From: Bdellovibrionota bacterium
GTDB taxonomy: Bacteria; Bdellovibrionota; UBA1018; UBA923
NCBI GenBank assembly: GCA_040754655.1
Contig: JBFMCE010000068.1
Coordinates: 1-20,772, forward strand
Direction of reading: 5' to 3'
Length of the DNA: 20,772 bases
Shown: positions 15,826 through 20,772 of the stretch, one piece after another
How the letters are laid out: every line of letters starts with the position of its first letter
Numbering within the stretch: position 1 is the first letter of the stretch
The notes under the pieces: generated by a model
What the model was told of the DNA's origin: nothing
The model's input: the letters and a program-made list of their open reading frames with translations, nothing else
The model's database searches: none
Made by a program: the position numbers and the translations under genes

Positions 15826-16446
15826 ATGCGATTCAAGAAGAGCAAAGCGCTTGCTCATCTCACGAATGCAGACCGCACCCTTGCGTCAATCATTGAAAAA
15901 GTAGGTGTCTGCGCATTGAAACCTTCACCTGAAGGTGAACATCTCGATCACGTCATGCGTTCGATCATTTTTCAACAGCTTTCAGGCAAAGCGGCTTCTA
16001 CAATCCATTCGAGGTTCAAAGGTCTTTACAGAGACAGATCTCCTACGCCAGCCGAGCTTTTGAAGACGCCAGATGAAAAATTGCGCTCTGTAGGGCTATC
16101 AAGGCAAAAGATCGGCTACTTAAAAGACCTCGCGGCGAAAGTCGAAAACGGCCAAGTTCCGCTCGCCCGAATACATGAGCTTGAGGATGAAGCCGTCATC
16201 GACGCACTCACTCAAGTCAAAGGCGTCGGGCGTTGGACGGCCCAGATGTTCTTGATGTTTCGCCTGGGCAGATCGGATGTTTTGCCTCTTGTCGATTTAG
16301 GCATTCAAAAAGCCATTATGAAGGCTTATAAGCTTCGAGCATTGCCAAATGCCAAGCAGATCGAAAAAATCGGCGCGGCCTGGCGTCCCTACTGCACGAT
16401 CGCGTGCTGGTACCTTTGGAGAAGCCTCGAACTCAAAGAGAAGTAA
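15826..16446 (+). CDS. alkA: DNA-3-methyladenine glycosylase II (AlkA / HhH-GPD family)
   Basis: 'SIIFQQLSGKAASTI..RF', 'LRSVGLSRQKIGYL', HhH 'LTQVKGVGRWTAQMFLMF.LGR.DV.P..DLGI', 'WRPY.TIA.WYLW'. Start is probably ATG 15826; the extended frame overlaps the upstream gene. Confidence 0.93.
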   Translation: MRFKKSKALAHLTNADRTLASIIEKVGVCALKPSPEGEHLDHVMRSIIFQQLSGKAASTIHSRFKGLYRDRSPTPAELLKTPDEKLRSVGLSRQKIGYLKDLAAKVENGQVPLARIHELEDEAVIDALTQVKGVGRWTAQMFLMFRLGRSDVLPLVDLGIQKAIMKAYKLRALPNAKQIEKIGAAWRPYCTIACWYLWRSLELKEK

Positions 16447-16562
16447 CACGCGGTGTAATTTTCTTTCCTTCCCGAACCTCAATTCGAATGTTAGCCCTAA
16501 AAGAAAAAGACTGCCGTCTGTCGGCATAGGGAATTCGTTGTTCTGCAATCAAAGGGGGTTTG

Positions 16563-17369
16563 GTGAAAGCACGACGCCGTATCTTGGGGATTATTCTCGT
16601 TCTGACCACTGTTTTTTTGTCGGCATTTTCATCTTGCCAGCATCCATTGATTTCGGATGTTTCCTACGAAATCGCTGCCAACCTTGAGAGCATCAAGTTT
16701 CGCCTGAACTTCGCGCCAGGCGTGACCACAGATATCGGCGGAACTTTTCCGGTAAAAGATTACGGCACGATTGAAGTCGAACCCTCGACGCCAGAGACGC
16801 CCTTTAACGTGGGTTTTCGGCTCAACACGTCTATTTTCAACGATCAAGAGCTTTTGGATCTCGCGCCGGTCACGATTCTTCCGTCAGGCCAACCTCTTCC
16901 TGTGGCGCTCAATCGCGCCATGGCTCAAGTCAAACTCAAGAACGAGGTCGACCCTAATTTCGACGTGTATCTTTACGTCGATGTTCTTCAGAGAGAATGG
17001 CTGGGACTCGCATTGACTTTGAAGTTCATCAATACAAAAGCCTTCCCGCCGGGGCTTGCGGTAACCCGCGACTTTTTGCAGAAAAATGGGAGGGCTCAGG
17101 CCGTAGGAGCCGCCTTCGGCCCTCGTGTCGACAACCAAGGAAAGCTCGTGGTTCCCGGCGGCATCGCGGTTTTTGCAAACGTACAAGAACTTCTCTCGGA
17201 TGCCCGCAAAACAAAAATACTCAATGGCACGGACTCGGCCGGCGGTCCCTTTGTGTTCTACGGTCCGGATGCGCTTCACTACTCGAATTCACCTGAAGAG
17301 GCGCAATATCTTCAAGAGTTTTTCAAACAAGCCCTGAGCGGCAGAACCCCTAGCCGCAAGGGAAATTAG
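16563..17369 (+). CDS. Hypothetical lipoprotein (beta-rich)
   Basis: GGGGG SD, GTG start, basic N-region, hydrophobic core and lipobox-like FSS-C. Ends 5 bp before the nucleotidase gene. Confidence 0.78.
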   Translation: MKARRRILGIILVLTTVFLSAFSSCQHPLISDVSYEIAANLESIKFRLNFAPGVTTDIGGTFPVKDYGTIEVEPSTPETPFNVGFRLNTSIFNDQELLDLAPVTILPSGQPLPVALNRAMAQVKLKNEVDPNFDVYLYVDVLQREWLGLALTLKFINTKAFPPGLAVTRDFLQKNGRAQAVGAAFGPRVDNQGKLVVPGGIAVFANVQELLSDARKTKILNGTDSAGGPFVFYGPDALHYSNSPEEAQYLQEFFKQALSGRTPSRKGN

Positions 17370-17374
17370 CCGTC

Positions 17375-19396
17375 ATGAAAACGCCTTGGCTTGCATTGCA
17401 TCGGATCTTTCTTTGCCTTGCGCTCACGTTCTTAGTATTGGGGGTGAACTCATGCCCAGAGTCAGCAGAACTTGTTGAAGTCACGATTCTCCACACCAAT
17501 GACGTGCACTCTCACCTGAGAGCGGAGCCCAGCCATTCTGAAAAAAATCCGTATGGGTTAGGCGGGCTTGCTCGAATGAAGACCTTGATCGATCAAATCC
17601 GCGGTCAGCGTAAAAACGCAATTCTTCTTGATGCGGGCGATTGGTCTGAAGGCGTGATGTATTACGCCGTCGATGCCGGCTCCAATATGCTCAAGATTTT
17701 CGATGCCATGGGCTACAACGCGGTCGTCGCAGGAAACCACGACTTCTTGAATGGGCCAAGCCAGCTTGCATCCACGATCGAGCGGGCCAACCCGTCGTTC
17801 CCCGTATTGGGCGCGAACAAGAACCTCTCGAAGGTCTGGGACCGCGAAAAAGTTTCGCGGCTTGTGAAAGAGTACACGATCATCGACACAGGCGAGGTGC
17901 GCATTGGGGTGATCGGGTTGCTCACCGCTGATCCTGAATATTATGAATATTTCAAGCCCGGCGTAATCACCACGCCGGTAGACGCCGCCACGCGCATCGC
18001 AAAAAAAATGCGGGAAGAAAACCTGGCCGACGTGATCGTGTTGCTTTCGCACAACAAGTTTGAAAACCATCTTCACTGGGCGCGTCAAGTACCCTGGGTC
18101 AATGTTATCGTGAGCGGACACTCTCACCACAAAACCGTGCGGCCCATCGAGGTCTCAAACGCTGGCCAACCCGTTTATCTCGCTGAGACCGGGCAATGGG
18201 GGCAATTCTTAGGTGACTTCCAACTGATCGTAGACAAGAAGAGCAAGCAAGTGCGCCTTAAAAACTACAACTTGCATCCCGTGCGTTCTGAGCTTGCTGA
18301 GAGTCTCGCCATCAAAACCTTAGTGGAAAAACAAGATCAAGAGCTCAAGGCGAAGTTCGGGCGAGATGCGACCAAAGACGTCATTGGCCACTGCGATGAT
18401 GAATTGCCTCACGATGAAGTCCGCGAAACTCCGCTGGCGAACCTTTCGGCGGATGCTTACCGCACGGCTACGTCATCAGACATGGCCCTCGAGTCTGGCA
18501 TGCTCACCGGCGTGGGTTTGCAACCAGGACCCGTGACCTTCATGGATGCCTTCAATATCGCTCCCCATATTTACGGCCCGATTCCAGGATCAAACAACCC
18601 CTTCCCTCAGTTTGGCCAAACCTGGACGCTCAAGCGCCTGCGTTTATCCGGTGCTCAGATTCGCGCACTTGTAGGCATTCCAATGCTTGCGCGCGCGACT
18701 GGACTTCCTTTAGGAACGATTGCTCTCTCGGGTGCGCGCGTGGCTTACAAAACCAAGGACGCTGGAATGACTCCGATACAGAGCATCGAGCTCTATGATG
18801 AAGCCACATCGTCTTACCAGTCGATCGATGAGCAAGAAACTTATACGCTGGCCATTCACGATGGGCTTTTGCTGATCTTGAAAAATCTCGTGAATCGCCT
18901 GAACCTTCCCATCGATTTGACTCGTCTTGAAGAGACCAGGGTTCAGACTTGGCAAGCGTTGGTTGATTTTATCGCCGCTCAAGCGCGCATCTCGGCTCCG
19001 AATTTTGAAGCGGGAATCCGTTACCGTCCCCTCGACGCCGACTTTGGATTGTATGAACACGATGTGCGCGTGATCAAAGATGAGGGAGGCCGCGGTCATC
19101 TCATTCAGGTGACCATCCGAAACGAAGGCCTAAAGCCGCTGCCAGCGAATCTCAAATTACAAGCCCTGCGAGGCGGGCCCGATGATGCCGTCAATGACGG
19201 CACTCCAGGAAATGAAAAACACGCCGTAGGGCCTGAAGTTGCGGTCCCTGCTCTAGCGCCCGGAGCACGAGCAAGTCTTGTCATCCCGTGGAATGACAAC
19301 CCTAAATCTGGAGTGTATGCTTTAAGAGTCCGCCTCAAAGGAAACGACGCCGTAGAAAGCAATAATGAGGTCGTGGTTCACCCCAAGATTCGGTGA
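17375..19396 (+). CDS. Lipoprotein bifunctional metallophosphatase/5'-nucleotidase (UshA family) with C-terminal CARDB (Ig-like) domain
   Basis: Lipobox VNS-C; metallophosphoesterase motifs HTNDVHS, GGLAR, DAGD, GNHDF, LSH, SGHSH; 5'-NT C-terminal domain (ETPLANL.ADAYR); CARDB pattern 'VTIRNEG...VPALAPG...W...G.Y.L.V...ESNN'. Confidence 0.9.
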   Translation: MKTPWLALHRIFLCLALTFLVLGVNSCPESAELVEVTILHTNDVHSHLRAEPSHSEKNPYGLGGLARMKTLIDQIRGQRKNAILLDAGDWSEGVMYYAVDAGSNMLKIFDAMGYNAVVAGNHDFLNGPSQLASTIERANPSFPVLGANKNLSKVWDREKVSRLVKEYTIIDTGEVRIGVIGLLTADPEYYEYFKPGVITTPVDAATRIAKKMREENLADVIVLLSHNKFENHLHWARQVPWVNVIVSGHSHHKTVRPIEVSNAGQPVYLAETGQWGQFLGDFQLIVDKKSKQVRLKNYNLHPVRSELAESLAIKTLVEKQDQELKAKFGRDATKDVIGHCDDELPHDEVRETPLANLSADAYRTATSSDMALESGMLTGVGLQPGPVTFMDAFNIAPHIYGPIPGSNNPFPQFGQTWTLKRLRLSGAQIRALVGIPMLARATGLPLGTIALSGARVAYKTKDAGMTPIQSIELYDEATSSYQSIDEQETYTLAIHDGLLLILKNLVNRLNLPIDLTRLEETRVQTWQALVDFIAAQARISAPNFEAGIRYRPLDADFGLYEHDVRVIKDEGGRGHLIQVTIRNEGLKPLPANLKLQALRGGPDDAVNDGTPGNEKHAVGPEVAVPALAPGARASLVIPWNDNPKSGVYALRVRLKGNDAVESNNEVVVHPKIR

Positions 19397-19403
19397 GGGA
19401 TTT

Positions 19404-19958
19404 TTGGTCAAAGCCATACGCAAAAAACTCTATCTTGCGATACCCGCCCTGCTTTTGTGCGCCTTGAGCGCGCTGGCCGTCACAAAAGATGAACCAGAAC
19501 AAAGCGAACTTGATCAGTACATTTTGTGCCACCGCGATGGCGAGGTTCGCGCCCTGGACGCGGAGTTCGATTCTAGCGACTCGTGCTCAGGCACGGCAAA
19601 GATCCAAGGCATTAGCTACAAGTGCGGCCGCCCTGAAGAGACTGAGGTTCGCGTCAGCAGGTTCTTGGAAGACCTCAAAATCAAGGGCCGCAAACAATGC
19701 GAAGCTTTCTGCCAAGCTCGCGGGAAAGATTGTCATGGCGTTTTTACGGCTCCCCAGAAATGCGGTTTCACCCTGAACTCGCGGCAAGCGGCTGAGTACG
19801 GCCAGCATATGGCCCGTTGCAATCCCGACCGTTGCGAAGGCACGGCCTTCATTTATTGCTCGATCTATCAAGCAAGTTATCTGAGATTTGAAGAATCGAT
19901 GATGAAAAAAAAAGAGCCCAATTGCAGATGCGAGCGCCGCGCGAGCCGGAAGAAATAA
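19404..19958 (+). CDS. Secreted cysteine-rich hypothetical protein
   Basis: GAGGGA SD overlapping the previous stop, probable TTG start at 19404, signal peptide ...KKLYLAIPALLLCALSALA, and 12 Cys in the ~160-aa mature part. Confidence 0.75.
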   Translation: MVKAIRKKLYLAIPALLLCALSALAVTKDEPEQSELDQYILCHRDGEVRALDAEFDSSDSCSGTAKIQGISYKCGRPEETEVRVSRFLEDLKIKGRKQCEAFCQARGKDCHGVFTAPQKCGFTLNSRQAAEYGQHMARCNPDRCEGTAFIYCSIYQASYLRFEESMMKKKEPNCRCERRASRKK

Positions 19959-19996
19959 AAAAAGGCGCCTCATGCATGTTTTGCACAAGGCGCCTT
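19957..19996 (-). terminator. Rho-independent terminator, possibly bidirectional
   Basis: Minus-strand RNA forms AAGGCGCCUUGUGCA-AAACA-UGCAUGAGGCGCCUU (15 bp with two G-U pairs) followed by a U-run. It lies between convergent genes. Confidence 0.85.
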
Positions 19997-20033
19997 CTCT
20001 TCCCTGTTCCAACAACTCAGGAATTTATTCTGC

Positions 20034-20772
20034 TTACTGTTTCATCATGATCTGCTTGATACGGCGGCTTTTCTCAGCAGCATGCAACGCAGCCGCATCA
20101 GCGGCCTCACCATTGAGCCTGGTGACCTTGCAGTTTTGCAAACCAAGAGTCAGGCCTTCATAGCCCGTGACATCAAGGCTATTTTCTGGTTTTACGACTA
20201 CTGCAGAAGTCGAAGCCAGGAACGAATTCCCATCACCCAAGACCGCGGTAATCGCATGAGACTCGAGACCAGGAACGCCAGATGGGTTCACGTAAAGTTC
20301 AAGTTCGATGCGAGAAGAGGCGTCATCCGATGAGTAATCAGTAAATACAAGTTGTTCAATACCTTGGACGTAGCCATTGAGGCCTGCGAGGTCGCCTGCA
20401 CGCACATCCGCCGCTGAAGCCGCTACAGTCGCTGTTGAAGACTTAAGGCTTGTGGTTGCTACATCAAGTTCAAGAGCGCTGACGGCAGCTGTGGTTGCCG
20501 TCGCCGTCGTCGCTGAAGCAGTCATTGTTTCCGGCATCTCGATGACATTGCCCGTTTCACGCTCGGCGGCCTCTACTGTTGTCACGGCAGGCGCTGTGGC
20601 AGCGCTGTCGAGCGCTTCAAAACGAACCTTATCCAGCACAAGCCCCGCGGTTGTATCTACGAGATCGCATTGAACCTCGCCTACCGTACGGCCGGTTTCA
20701 ACGATCCAAGGGCGCTGCCAGAGGGGATCGGTGCCCGCGCCAGCGGTTTGAACAACAAGCATGAACAGAACA
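20034..20772 (-). CDS. C-terminal part of a larger Ala/Thr/Val-rich protein, possibly surface-layer or secreted; truncated by the window edge
   Basis: The frame stays open to the window end (V-L-F precede the Met at 20762). Very A/T/S/V-rich, and followed by a strong terminator. Confidence 0.7.
   Translation of the reverse strand, partial: VLFMLVVQTAGAGTDPLWQRPWIVETGRTVGEVQCDLVDTTAGLVLDKVRFEALDSAATAPAVTTVEAAERETGNVIEMPETMTASATTATATTAAVSALELDVATTSLKSSTATVAASAADVRAGDLAGLNGYVQGIEQLVFTDYSSDDASSRIELELYVNPSGVPGLESHAITAVLGDGNSFLASTSAVVVKPENSLDVTGYEGLTLGLQNCKVTRLNGEAADAAALHAAEKSRRIKQIMMKQ

Noticed and set aside
15126..15845. 239-aa antisense ORF (also 14151-14600 and 13970-14200) with hydrophobic or Ser-rich look
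   Set aside because: These are mirror images of GAA/GAT/AAA codon runs in the acidic protein. They overlap it almost entirely and show no independent motif.
19905..19913. A9 homopolymer in the Cys-rich gene (and A8 at 13831-13838) as phase-variation sites
   Set aside because: Both are in frame within Lys-containing codon runs, and there is no sign of a frameshift.

Overview
Gene-dense bacterial chromosomal window with no rRNA, tRNA, CRISPR array or mobile element. The overall style (sigma54 and FliA-type promoters, many secreted orphans, GAFTDA-type enhancer-binding protein) suggests a Bdellovibrionota/Oligoflexia-like or other deltaproteobacterial genome; this is inference. Contents, left to right: a truncated membrane protein behind a sigma28-like promoter; a MoxR-DUF58-transglutaminase operon; a lipase and an alpha/beta hydrolase; an outer-membrane beta-barrel; a small Zn-metalloprotease; a glrK-qseG-glrR (qseEGF)-like two-component operon; two small divergent genes (degenerate PilZ-like, GlsB/YeaQ/YmgE); a YhhQ/VUT queuosine-precursor transporter; an orphan trehalose-6-phosphate phosphatase; an ~850-aa secreted hyper-acidic orphan; an AlkA-type glycosylase; a lipoprotein / 5'-nucleotidase-CARDB / Cys-rich protein operon; and the C-terminus of an Ala/Thr-rich protein. 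The best candidate for an undescribed system is regulatory. Where enterobacteria have the GlmY sRNA, this glrKR-like operon faces a GlrR-type TGTC-N10-TACA site, a sigma54 promoter and a CsrA-type hairpin over the RBS of the PilZ-like gene. A second sigma54 promoter and a structured, GGA-containing 3' region follow at the GlsB-family gene.
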